NCBI GenBank assembly: GCA_963668645.2
Contig: CAXXWC010000021.1
Location: 832,001-896,000, forward strand
DNA from: Desulfobacterales bacterium
Lineage (GTDB): Bacteria; Desulfobacterota; Desulfobacteria; Desulfobacterales; UBA2174
Direction: 5' to 3'
DNA length: 64,000 nucleotides
Of the stretch, positions 1 through 8,905 are shown piece after piece. The notes beneath the pieces were generated by a model. It did not search any database and was not told the origin of the DNA. It saw only the letters and a program-made list of their open reading frames with translations. The number at the start of each line of letters is the position of its first letter. Positions within the stretch are counted from its first letter, which is position 1. The translations under genes were made by a program, and so were the position numbers.

Positions 1-2
1 CC

Positions 3-386
3 TTCGCGCTGTTGAGTGTATGCAACCGAAAGGCAGTGTCATCCTATTCCGGGCTGACCGTCGCTTTTTACCAGGATGCCGCCGCCGCAGTCTTTTTGCT
101 GCCATGGGTCTGGATACGACGCCCGGTGGTGGGCTGGCACGACGCCGTGGCACTAGTGTTCCTCGGCGTGGTGTTTACCGGTGTCTCCCACGCCCTGTTC
201 ATCCAGGGGTTGCGACGCGTGAAGGCCCACACGGCGAGCATCATCACCTGCCTGGAGCCAGTATACGGCATTGTCCTAGCCGCTGCCCTGCTCAAGGAAA
301 TTCCAGGCGTCCGGGAGAGTTGCGGCGGTGCCGTCATCCTGGCTGCAAGCTTCTGGGTGAGCCTGCGTGCCCGGCCGCGTCGCTGA
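3..386 (+). CDS. EamA/DMT family transporter, 5'-truncated by window edge
   Basis: Hydrophobic helices and EamA C-terminal pattern (GLRRVKAHTASIITCLEPVYGIVLAAALLKE..GGAVIL); frame open from position 3. Confidence 0.85.
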   Translation, partial: FALLSVCNRKAVSSYSGLTVAFYQDAAAAVFLLPWVWIRRPVVGWHDAVALVFLGVVFTGVSHALFIQGLRRVKAHTASIITCLEPVYGIVLAAALLKEIPGVRESCGGAVILAASFWVSLRARPRR

Positions 387-404
387 CCAGCGGGTCGATA
401 AAGC

Positions 405-548
405 GGGATTTGCCGTTTTGCCTTCGAACGATCCTTCGCAGGAACGCCCTTGCCGCCGGCTATTGCTTATGCTAATGATTGCAGACATTAACGGGGTTTA
501 CATTTAGGGGACTTGCACCCCATAAGTTCACGTCCATGCCGGGTGTAC
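405..548 (-). mobile_element. Group IIC intron 5' end (domain I) remnant
   Basis: Minus strand reads GTACACCCGGCATGGACGTGAACTTATGGGGTGCAAGTCCCC...TAGCCGGCGGCAAGGGCG...GAAGG..ACGGCAAATCCC, colinear with the IIC domain I pattern (GUGYGCCCGGCAUGG..GGGUGNRAGUCCC..UAGCC..GCAAGGG..GAAGG..CGGCAAA); no RT ORF or domains V/VI. Confidence 0.7.
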
Positions 549-639
549 ACGAGGTTTTTGCAGCGGATCGCAAAAAGCCGCGTTATTTATTTCGGTTAGT
601 CTCTTATGAGTTAAAATGACAACAAAACGCACACATTTT

Positions 640-780
640 TCATGCCGTCGTTGTCAACACTCCCCGCAACAACGGGATGACGGCCATCTCCCGGAGTTTC
701 AAACCGGTGGCGGTCGCCCGGCGGCCGAATGCCGTCAGGTAATACTTGAACGTACCTCCGATTTTCTTTACCAATCCGTA
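640..780 (-). pseudogene. C-terminal fragment of a transposase-like winged-helix protein
   Basis: Frame reads YGLVKKIGGTFKYYLTAFGRRATATGLKLREMAVIPLLRGVLTTTA*, resembling the HGLIKKxGxTYKYYLT..GR C-terminus of mobile-element proteins; no start or N-terminal part. Confidence 0.45.
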
Positions 781-948
781 CTCATACCTTACACTAAGTG
801 CGATAGCTTCATAAATCCTGTTTGGTTGCGGCTTGTCCGCGTTGGGATATCAGAATTGACATAAAATTTATCTTCAGCCTTGCTGATATTGCGCAAATAG
901 TGAACTAAAAACCATTCTAAAAAAAGCGATTTTAAACCAGGTTTCTTT

Positions 949-2076
949 GTGTCGAGGATCATTAAGATGCGATTAGCAATAACAAATTATTTGCAGAACT
1001 TGTTAAATATCGGAGTTACCGGTTCGGATATAAAACTTGCACAAAAATTAAGGCAGCTTAATCTACTCATCCTCATCGCGCTGTTTGCCTCAATCCTATA
1101 TTTTTCCGTATATATTTATGCCCTGGAAAAGCCACTGGCGGCAAAAATACTCATCCCTTTTTTCATACTTTATCTGGCAACCTACTGGTTCTCGGACAAG
1201 AACAGGCTTTTTTGGGGGAAAATATGGATATTCTCTGTTTATCTAACCCACATTTTCTTGTATTCAGCTATTCTATTTTCAAAGGCTTCTGGGTTTCATT
1301 TCTTCTTTTTTATCCTGCCTCCAGTTTTAATTCTAATATTTGACAACAATGAGCTCGTGCCCAAGATAGTGTTCACTTTTTTGGCTGCCTTTTTATTCTT
1401 TCTCGCAGAAATTATGCCGGACTCGGGGTTCAGCATCCTCATCGACGATACAGAAAACCAGATTCTTTACTATATCTCCATGGCAACCTGCTTTGGCGGC
1501 CTTGTCGTTGTCACGGGAATTTTTGACCATGAGATCACCGTCCTGGAATCGGAATTGTCCCGCCTTGCAACCAGGGATCCCCTGACCCAAATCTTAAACA
1601 GACGCCAATTATTCCTTCTCCTTGAAAAACAGTTTGATTTGAGCCGAAGATACAATAGCGTATTTTCAACTATTCTGATAGATATCGATTTTTTTAAAAA
1701 AATCAATGATACCTTTGGGCATAAATGTGGAGATGAGGCGCTGATATGGATATCCAAAAAAATAGCAAAGAGCTTACGAAACCCGGATATATTCGCTCGG
1801 TATGGCGGGGAGGAGTTTTGCATTATACTTCCTGAAACGCCGGAAAAATCAGCATTTAGCGTGTCGGAGAAACTGAGGGCCGTCATTGAAAAACAGCCCT
1901 TCCGCTCCAAGGCCGGTCATATCATGACCATCACAGTTTCCTGTGGCGTATGCACAATTTCATCTGAGTTCAAAAACTACCAGGAAATAATTCATTATGC
2001 TGACAAGGCCCTGTATCGGGCCAAGAGAAAAGGCCGTAATCGAAGTGAAGTCTGGTTTTCAGAAAACAAGAGATGA
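949..2076 (+). CDS. Membrane-bound diguanylate cyclase (about 6 TM + GGDEF)
   Basis: N-terminal TM helices; DPLTQILNRR, IDIDFFKKINDTFGH, RNPD I-site, ARYGGEEF. Confidence 0.92.
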   Translation: MSRIIKMRLAITNYLQNLLNIGVTGSDIKLAQKLRQLNLLILIALFASILYFSVYIYALEKPLAAKILIPFFILYLATYWFSDKNRLFWGKIWIFSVYLTHIFLYSAILFSKASGFHFFFFILPPVLILIFDNNELVPKIVFTFLAAFLFFLAEIMPDSGFSILIDDTENQILYYISMATCFGGLVVVTGIFDHEITVLESELSRLATRDPLTQILNRRQLFLLLEKQFDLSRRYNSVFSTILIDIDFFKKINDTFGHKCGDEALIWISKKIAKSLRNPDIFARYGGEEFCIILPETPEKSAFSVSEKLRAVIEKQPFRSKAGHIMTITVSCGVCTISSEFKNYQEIIHYADKALYRAKRKGRNRSEVWFSENKR

Positions 2077-2182
2077 TCTATGCAAAAGCCAATGCCCGCA
2101 GTAATTTTTAAAGGAATGCCTTAATATAAACCCCTGCCGAGCCCTCTTTTTATAGTACCCTATCAAAGGAGCCGTATTCTGC

Positions 2183-2211
2183 TTGACTATTCCATGACGG
2201 TTTTATATAGA
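2183..2211 (+). promoter_or_regulatory. Putative sigma70 promoter of the methyltransferase/TBDR/ABC operon
   Basis: TTGACT (2183-2188), 17 nt spacer, TATAGA (2206-2211). Confidence 0.5.
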
Positions 2212-2313
2212 AAGACAAAATTTGCCAGAAGGCAAATAATTGCAGCAAGATTTTTACAACCCGCCGAAGCGGCCGGAATTCAGCCTGCTCGCGGCATCCA
2301 TAGCTAAAAACTG

Positions 2314-2364
2314 ACCACGAAGGTTCAGACGGTTACCGCATGTCAAACCTTTGTGGTTTTTTTT
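2314..2364 (+). terminator. Intrinsic terminator/attenuator in the 5' leader
   Basis: ACCACGAAGGTT (2314-2325) pairs with AACCTTTGTGGT (2346-2357), T-run to 2364; lies between the promoter and the first gene. Confidence 0.7.
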
Positions 2365-2402
2365 GGAATGCCGCACAATTCGATTGAGACAGGAAAAAAT
2401 CC

Positions 2403-3161
2403 ATGGCCGCATGTGGTAGCAACAGACTTAAAAGCAGAATTGAAAAATACTGGAACTGGAGAAGTGCAAGTTACGAACTGGATCTGGCTAAATCCATCGA
2501 GACAGTAAAAAACTGGGAATCCACCATCAATGGCCTGGTGTCCCATTTCCGCGGAAAAGATATCCGGGCTCTTGACGTCGGAACAGGTCCGGGACAGTTG
2601 GCATTCTACCTTGCACAGGAAGGGTTTGATGTTACGGGAATTGATATTTCCCCGGGCATGATCGAACGGGCCAGCCTGAAAGCCCGAGAGTTGGGGCTTT
2701 GTGTAGACTTCAGGACCGGGGATGCGGGAAACCTTCCCTTTGGGGATAACGCCTTTGACGTGGTCGTCACCCGGAACCTTGTATGGACCCTTCCAAATCC
2801 TGAAGCGGCCGTTAAGGAGTGGCACAGGGTGTTAAAACCAGGTGGCCGCATTATTATATCCGACGGCTACTGGTGCAATACCACCTGGTTAAGAGTTCAT
2901 CATCTATTGTCAAAAACGGTAAAAAGTTTTCTCAAGACCCGCAGTCTCATTTCATGCCGTTTCTTTTTCCACTACGCCTCCCTAATCCATTCTCTTCCTC
3001 TGTATGAAGGCGTGACCCTGAAAGATGCAGGACGGCTGATGAAAAAGGCCGGATTCCAGAAAGTTCTTTCATGCGACATCCATAAGCATTTCGGGGTTAA
3101 TCCCTATGGCGCCGGCAGGTATTCACCTCCCCCGTTTTTTATTGCTTACGGGACCAAATGA
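2403..3161 (+). CDS. Class I SAM-dependent methyltransferase
   Basis: ALDVGTGPG motif I, GIDISPGMI, GDAGNLPF..AFDVV, RVLKPGG. Confidence 0.9.
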   Translation: MAACGSNRLKSRIEKYWNWRSASYELDLAKSIETVKNWESTINGLVSHFRGKDIRALDVGTGPGQLAFYLAQEGFDVTGIDISPGMIERASLKARELGLCVDFRTGDAGNLPFGDNAFDVVVTRNLVWTLPNPEAAVKEWHRVLKPGGRIIISDGYWCNTTWLRVHHLLSKTVKSFLKTRSLISCRFFFHYASLIHSLPLYEGVTLKDAGRLMKKAGFQKVLSCDIHKHFGVNPYGAGRYSPPPFFIAYGTK

Positions 3162-3217
3162 ATGCCTTCATCCGTTATCCCATTATCGAGACCCGATTGG
3201 CTCAAGGAGGAGAAAAG

Positions 3218-5527
3218 ATGAAAAATGTTAAGGCTTTGTTATGTTCAACAGCGATTGTTCTGGCCTTGTGTTTCTCTTTATGGGCTGCAGATGAAACAGA
3301 GCAAGCCCCTAAACAGCAATCTTCCAAATCCGGCAAGAGTACGGAACTTGAGACCATTACAGTGATTGCCACAAAAACCCCCAAAGCCCCCCTGGATTCA
3401 CCCGCCTCGATTTCCGTGATTTCCGAAGATGAGATTGATGCTTTTAACACACAACACCCGTTCTTGCCATTGTTCCAGACAGAAGGGATTTACCCCCGGC
3501 ATTATAACGGCCTGGCTGATTACTGGTCTCGCCCGATGATGCGCGGACAAGAGGCCCTGATTCTGGTAGACGGCCTTAACTGGTATGATTACGCCCAATA
3601 CTATGACACAGGCGCCATCCCCATGAAGGATGTGGAGAAAATTGAAGTGGTGAGGGGGCCTTTTTCCGCCCTTTACGGCACCTTGGCCCAGACCGGCGTC
3701 ATCAACTATATCACCAAGATTCCCTATAAGATGGAAGCCGAGGCCTCCTTTACCTTCGGGGAAGATAATACCCAATACTACAGCGCACGCCTTGCCGACC
3801 GGCCCTTTGCCTCCTCGGACGGTACCGAACTCTCATGGGCGAATAAAAACCTTGGCGACAGGTTCTTTTATTCCATGAGTTTTAAATACCGGACCACGGA
3901 CGGGTATGATACCTATCCTGTTACTACCGGCCCAGGAACCCCAGTGGGTACACTCGATGCATCCACTCCCATTGCTGCAAATGTGGCCACTGATATTGAC
4001 CCCGAAAAGAATACGACTCGGGCATATATAGGGACAATGGGGGAGAACTGGTACGAAGACCATGGCGCGTTTTTAAAAACCGGATATGAATTTTCCGACT
4101 ATTCCAAAATCTGGTACAGCTTTAACGTCAGCCAGTTGGAATACGGATGGCGGGGAGGCCACAGCACTTTGACCAAGGCCGACGGCACCCCCATTACCTC
4201 CGGCACCGCATACTATAAGGTGGGTTCCAATTATTATGCGGTTGATTTGGACAATACCGCCTTTGAAAGGACAGGCTATAAGAAAGAATCCTATGTACAT
4301 ACTTTTCATTACGACTACTCCGTACCGGACACGGTAGACATCAATGCCCTTATAGGCTACAGTGACAAGGAGAACCAGGAGCACTCAAATACATCGGCGA
4401 CAACCACAGTAAAAGACAACGATCTGCTGCAGGGAGACCTGTCTGCCACATTCCATATGATGAACAACCAGTTGCTTTTGACCGTCGGCACCCAGGGCGT
4501 CAAAGAGACGGCTGAAGACACTGTTTATAATTTATCCAGTACCAGTGACTGGGATAGCCATACCTCTGTCAGTTCCCGGAAGTCAGGAGATAGCCTGACT
4601 TGGGGTTCCTTTGTCCAGGCCGAATACACGCCCATTGAACCCATCACCCTGTACCTTGGGGGCCGGTATGACCATTGGTGGGCTACGGATACGTCCTATT
4701 ATTCCAGTTCCACTGGCTTTTCATCTGCAGAAGATATAGATGACAGCCAGTTCAGTCCCAAGGCATCTATCCTTTACCGGTTGACGGATACTGGCGTGGT
4801 ACGGGCGTCTTTTGGAAAATCATTTACCGCCCCTACCCTGTATCAAAGAATGGGGACGTATAATTATACAGACAGCGACGGTACCCCAACGATTGGTATG
4901 GGGAATCCGAACCTAGACCCCTATACAAATACATCCTGGGAAATCGGTACGGAGTGGCAGCTTTTCAACAACCAACTGCGTGTCAAGGCAACATATTTCC
5001 AAAATGATTATGACGACATTATTTCAAGCGCTACTAGATCACAAATCGTTGATGGTGTGACCCAAAACGTAAGGACATACTATAACGTTGCAGGAGCTGA
5101 TGTAGATGGCATTGAACTGGCGTTAGAGGCCAATCTGCCATGGAATCTAAAAGGCGGCATCCATTATACCCATAACTGGTCTGAATATGACGACCCCAAT
5201 AATGACCTTGGTAAAGATGGCTGGATGGTGGATCAAACGCCCGAGGATATTTTCAACTGCTGGCTAGGATATTTTTCCGACTTTTGGGATGCCACCGTTA
5301 ATATGAGATACTCCGACATTGCATATGATGACCAGAAAAATCCCTATTCCAGTGCTGTATTCAAGGATTATACAGACTCCTTTGTTGTGGATGCCCAAGT
5401 GACGTACAGGCCGGCCAAGAAATTGTCCGTGACCCTGTCGGTGGACAACCTGTTCGATGAAGAATATTATGAATACTATGAACAGCCCGGCCGGACGGTA
5501 CTTGGCACGATTACCTTATCCCTGTAG
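3218..5527 (+). CDS. TonB-dependent outer-membrane receptor
   Basis: RBS AGGAGG before ATG 3218; signal peptide, TonB box ETITVIA, plug motif IEVVRGPFSALYG..GVINYIT, GNPNLDP, C-terminal VDNLFDEEY..PGRT. Confidence 0.92.
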   Translation: MKNVKALLCSTAIVLALCFSLWAADETEQAPKQQSSKSGKSTELETITVIATKTPKAPLDSPASISVISEDEIDAFNTQHPFLPLFQTEGIYPRHYNGLADYWSRPMMRGQEALILVDGLNWYDYAQYYDTGAIPMKDVEKIEVVRGPFSALYGTLAQTGVINYITKIPYKMEAEASFTFGEDNTQYYSARLADRPFASSDGTELSWANKNLGDRFFYSMSFKYRTTDGYDTYPVTTGPGTPVGTLDASTPIAANVATDIDPEKNTTRAYIGTMGENWYEDHGAFLKTGYEFSDYSKIWYSFNVSQLEYGWRGGHSTLTKADGTPITSGTAYYKVGSNYYAVDLDNTAFERTGYKKESYVHTFHYDYSVPDTVDINALIGYSDKENQEHSNTSATTTVKDNDLLQGDLSATFHMMNNQLLLTVGTQGVKETAEDTVYNLSSTSDWDSHTSVSSRKSGDSLTWGSFVQAEYTPIEPITLYLGGRYDHWWATDTSYYSSSTGFSSAEDIDDSQFSPKASILYRLTDTGVVRASFGKSFTAPTLYQRMGTYNYTDSDGTPTIGMGNPNLDPYTNTSWEIGTEWQLFNNQLRVKATYFQNDYDDIISSATRSQIVDGVTQNVRTYYNVAGADVDGIELALEANLPWNLKGGIHYTHNWSEYDDPNNDLGKDGWMVDQTPEDIFNCWLGYFSDFWDATVNMRYSDIAYDDQKNPYSSAVFKDYTDSFVVDAQVTYRPAKKLSVTLSVDNLFDEEYYEYYEQPGRTVLGTITLSL

Positions 5528-5536
5528 GATGAATTT

Positions 5537-7114
5537 GTGGCGTTAAAAAAAATAAAACCCTTTCCTGCCCGGTCGGGCCTGCTGCGTCGAACCCGGCCGG
5601 GCAGGGTCCTTTTGTGCCTGGCCCTGTGCCTGTGGGCATCCATCTCCCTGGCTGCAGATCCGTTCTTGGTTGCCAAGCCTTTCGGACCGTCGGGTTCCGG
5701 GCTGGATCCGGCCAAGGGGAGCAACGGATGGTATGCCAGTGAATCGGGAATTACAGAAACCCTGTTCGCCCTTGATACGGATATGAAACTGGAGCCCTGG
5801 CTGGCGCAAGGTTTTACCAATTTGTCCCCCCTGGCTTGGGAGATCCGCATCCGGGATAATATTTTTTTCCACGGCCGTGTACCTCTGACGGCCCAGGCCG
5901 TCAAAATGTCCATTGAACATCTGATTGATGAAAATAGCGACGGATTCAACAAACGGATCCAGGGACTTCTGGACATCAAGTCCATCCAGGTGACAGGGAG
6001 CCTTTCCCTGATGGTGGAAACCCGGCATCCGAATGCCGGCTTGATTTACAATCTCACTTCCCCTGAAACGGCAATCGTTGATCGGTCGGGAAAAATCCAT
6101 GCCGGTACGGGCCCCTTTCAACTGGAAACGATAGTGCCCAGCGAAAAAGTCGTTGTCAGGGCTTTTCCGGAATATTGGGGCGGAAAACCGAAACTGGAGC
6201 AGGCCGAGCTTATCGTCATCAAGAATCCGGTTTCCCGGATGCTGGCCTTTGAGTCGGGAAAAATCGACATGGCCACCAACTTTCCGGAGCTGGATGCGGT
6301 GCGTCTGATAAAAGAAAGGCGGGGCAGGATCGAATACGGTCCCACCGCCCGGCTCTGTTTTTTCTTTGTGAGGGTCAAGGACGGTCCTCTGGCTGATCCC
6401 CTGATACGCAAGGCGCTTAATTTCGCCATTGACCGCAACCAGATCCTGGAATCGGTGCTTGGCAGTATCGGCGGAGCCATCGAGGGCTCGGTCTTGCCCC
6501 GGGTGCTACCCTGGTGCAACCGGGCCCTTTCTTCCTATGTCTATGACTCTGAAAAGGCGATTTCCCTATTGGAATCGGCCGGGGCCAGGGACCTGAACGG
6601 GGACGGGATCAGGGAAATGGACGGCAGTCCCCTGCGCCTTGAGATGTGGACTTACGAGAACCGCGCCGCCTTAAAGCCGACCCTTGAACTGATCAGGTCC
6701 CAACTGGCACGGGTGGGCATTGACGCCGGCATCCGGGTTACCAAGAAAGGGTCCCCGATCAACCAGGCCATGAGCCAGGGCAGGGTTCACCTCAATCTTC
6801 AGATGTGGAACACCGCTCCCCAAGGAGACCCGGACGCCTTTCTTTCAGACGTGTTCATGACCGGGGCTAGGTCAAACTTCATGGGATATTCGAACCCGGA
6901 ACTGGACCGGCTTCTAAAAGAGGCCAGGGCCTGCTTTGATCCGGCCAGGCGGTCTCATTTGTACAACCAGATTCAGCAGATCATCTATGAAGAGAACCCG
7001 GTGATCGTCCTCTTTTCTAAATCTATGGTCACGGCCATGTCAGACCGCGTTCGGGGATACAAGATCCATCCGGCGGAAAAATACCTGTTAACCAATATGA
7101 TTTGCAGGAAATAG
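5537..7114 (+). CDS. ABC transporter substrate-binding protein, family 5 (NikA/DppA-like)
   Basis: LEPWLA, GTGPFQL, YWGGKP, IRKALNFAIDR, YSNPELDRLL motifs. Confidence 0.9.
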   Translation: MALKKIKPFPARSGLLRRTRPGRVLLCLALCLWASISLAADPFLVAKPFGPSGSGLDPAKGSNGWYASESGITETLFALDTDMKLEPWLAQGFTNLSPLAWEIRIRDNIFFHGRVPLTAQAVKMSIEHLIDENSDGFNKRIQGLLDIKSIQVTGSLSLMVETRHPNAGLIYNLTSPETAIVDRSGKIHAGTGPFQLETIVPSEKVVVRAFPEYWGGKPKLEQAELIVIKNPVSRMLAFESGKIDMATNFPELDAVRLIKERRGRIEYGPTARLCFFFVRVKDGPLADPLIRKALNFAIDRNQILESVLGSIGGAIEGSVLPRVLPWCNRALSSYVYDSEKAISLLESAGARDLNGDGIREMDGSPLRLEMWTYENRAALKPTLELIRSQLARVGIDAGIRVTKKGSPINQAMSQGRVHLNLQMWNTAPQGDPDAFLSDVFMTGARSNFMGYSNPELDRLLKEARACFDPARRSHLYNQIQQIIYEENPVIVLFSKSMVTAMSDRVRGYKIHPAEKYLLTNMICRK

Positions 7115-7118
7115 CAGC

Positions 7119-7934
7119 TTGATCTGCCAGAACCGGCCCGGCCGGGAAATTTTAAGAACCACCTGTCTTGGAGTGACAGTACGGGAAAAGGGAGGAGAGC
7201 GGGCCCTGCTCCGGAATGTGAATTTTTCCCTTTGCCAGGGAGAAATCCACGGGCTTGTGGGCGAATCCGGATGTGGTAAAAGCCTTTTCGCCAGAAGTCT
7301 TGTCCGGCTGGAAACCCCGGCCCGCATCGTATCCGGTTCTATTCTCATCGAAGGAACCAATGTGGCGGACAAAGGGCCGCAGGCCCTTGTACCTTTCCGG
7401 GGGAAAAGGATTTCCCTGGTGCTCCAGAATCCGGCCTCTGCCATGGACCCGGTGTTTACCCTGGCAAGCCAGTTCAGAGACGCCCTTTCCATTCTTCCGG
7501 GACCCGAGCGGTCCATGGACCGGGTATACCGACTGCTGGAAGAGGTGGGCATCTCATCTCCGGCTTCCCGGTGCCGCCAGTATCCTCATGAATGGAGCCG
7601 GGGCATGCTTCAGCGGGCCCAATTGGTCATGGCCCTTCTGTCAAATCCCGAGAGTATGATACTGGACGAAGTCACCTCGGCCCTTGATCCCACCATCGCC
7701 CTTCAGCTCATTAGACTCATTGCCCGCTTCAGACAGACACGGCAGACAGCATTTATTCTGATCACCCATGACCTTGCCATGGCCGCCCATGTCTGCGATC
7801 GGATATCGGTTATGCATCAGGGCACCATCCTGGAAACCCAGGATGTGAACAGCCTTTTTAAGAAACCAATTCACCCGTATACCATTGCATTCATAGCTGA
7901 AACAGGCATGGGGGACTCGTGCCCGATCCCCTGA
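7119..7934 (+). CDS. ABC ATP-binding protein (DppD/NikD-like)
   Basis: Walker A GESGCGKS, YPHEWSRGMLQR, Walker B ILDEVT, ITHD. Confidence 0.88.
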   Translation: MICQNRPGREILRTTCLGVTVREKGGERALLRNVNFSLCQGEIHGLVGESGCGKSLFARSLVRLETPARIVSGSILIEGTNVADKGPQALVPFRGKRISLVLQNPASAMDPVFTLASQFRDALSILPGPERSMDRVYRLLEEVGISSPASRCRQYPHEWSRGMLQRAQLVMALLSNPESMILDEVTSALDPTIALQLIRLIARFRQTRQTAFILITHDLAMAAHVCDRISVMHQGTILETQDVNSLFKKPIHPYTIAFIAETGMGDSCPIP

Positions 7935-8905
7935 TTCAGATTCAGGATCTTGGAGTATCCTTCAGGGACAGGTCCTGGGGGTTTGGTCGCAGTTCCCTGA
8001 TCTGGGGGGTGAGACAGGTTTGTTTAACCCTGGAGAAGGGAGACTCCTTCTGCCTCATCGGGGAAAGCGGATCGGGCAAGAGCACCCTGGCCTTGGCCCT
8101 GGCGGGTCTTCTGCCCTTCCAGGAGGGCCGGCTGATGTTCGAAGGCAGAAAAATCGCAACGTCCAACGACAGTAACCATAAAACGCTGATGGAAAGGACC
8201 CAGATGGTTTTCCAGGATCCTGTGCAGGCCCTGAACCCTTTCCAGCCCTTGCGCCGGTCCCTTGAAGAACCCCTGGCAGCCAGGGGGATCAGGCCCGCAA
8301 AACGGCAGGCCCTTCTTGCCCCGCTCATCCAAGACACCGGGTTGACGGCGGATTTGCTGGAACGGTTGCCGGCCCAGGCCTCGGGGGGCCAGAATCAGCG
8401 GGTCTGCATCGCCAGGTCTCTGTCCACCCGGCCGGAGCTGCTCATTCTCGACGAGCCCCTGACCGCCCTGGACAGTCTGATCAAGGCTCGGATCACCCGC
8501 CTGTTATGCCAACTAAAGGATAAATATCCGGTCACCTGCTTTATCATTACCCATGACATGGCCCTGGTTAAGACCATGGCCACCCGGGTGGGGGTCCTCT
8601 ACCTGGGGCGGATACTGGAAACCGCATCCAAATCCGTCCTTTTGTCCGAACCGGCCCATCCCTATACCCGGGCCCTTTTGTCCGCCTCTTTTACCCCGGG
8701 CATCTGGGATGGAAAACGGCTGGTGCTCAAGGGCGATGCACCGCCCGCCAGGGACCTGCCTGAAGGCTGTATTTTCCACCCTCGATGCCCGGAGTCCTTT
8801 TCGGTGTGCAGAAAACAGGCGCCTGAGCCTGTCTTGCTTTCACCCGGCCACACAGTATCCTGCCATATGTACACCCAGGGGGGGCATCCGCGTTGGGCTT
8901 CATGA
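7919..8905 (+). CDS. ABC ATP-binding protein (DppF/OppF-like) with C-terminal Cys cluster
   Basis: GESGSGKS, SGGQNQR, ILDEP, HPYT, GCIFHPRC..C..CH tail. Confidence 0.9.
   Translation: MPDPLIQIQDLGVSFRDRSWGFGRSSLIWGVRQVCLTLEKGDSFCLIGESGSGKSTLALALAGLLPFQEGRLMFEGRKIATSNDSNHKTLMERTQMVFQDPVQALNPFQPLRRSLEEPLAARGIRPAKRQALLAPLIQDTGLTADLLERLPAQASGGQNQRVCIARSLSTRPELLILDEPLTALDSLIKARITRLLCQLKDKYPVTCFIITHDMALVKTMATRVGVLYLGRILETASKSVLLSEPAHPYTRALLSASFTPGIWDGKRLVLKGDAPPARDLPEGCIFHPRCPESFSVCRKQAPEPVLLSPGHTVSCHMYTQGGHPRWAS

Noticed and set aside
2212..2402. Cobalamin riboswitch upstream of the TonB receptor operon
   Set aside because: I could not find the conserved GGGAA..GCCCCCGC / GCCACTG..GGGAAG core, so it is kept only as an unclassified leader.
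3158..3217. N-terminal extensions in the ORF track (also 9669, 12104, 29019, 35753, 38427, 40247, 42219, 50789 starts)
   Set aside because: Downstream starts have better RBSs and coincide with the start of family homology or signal peptides.
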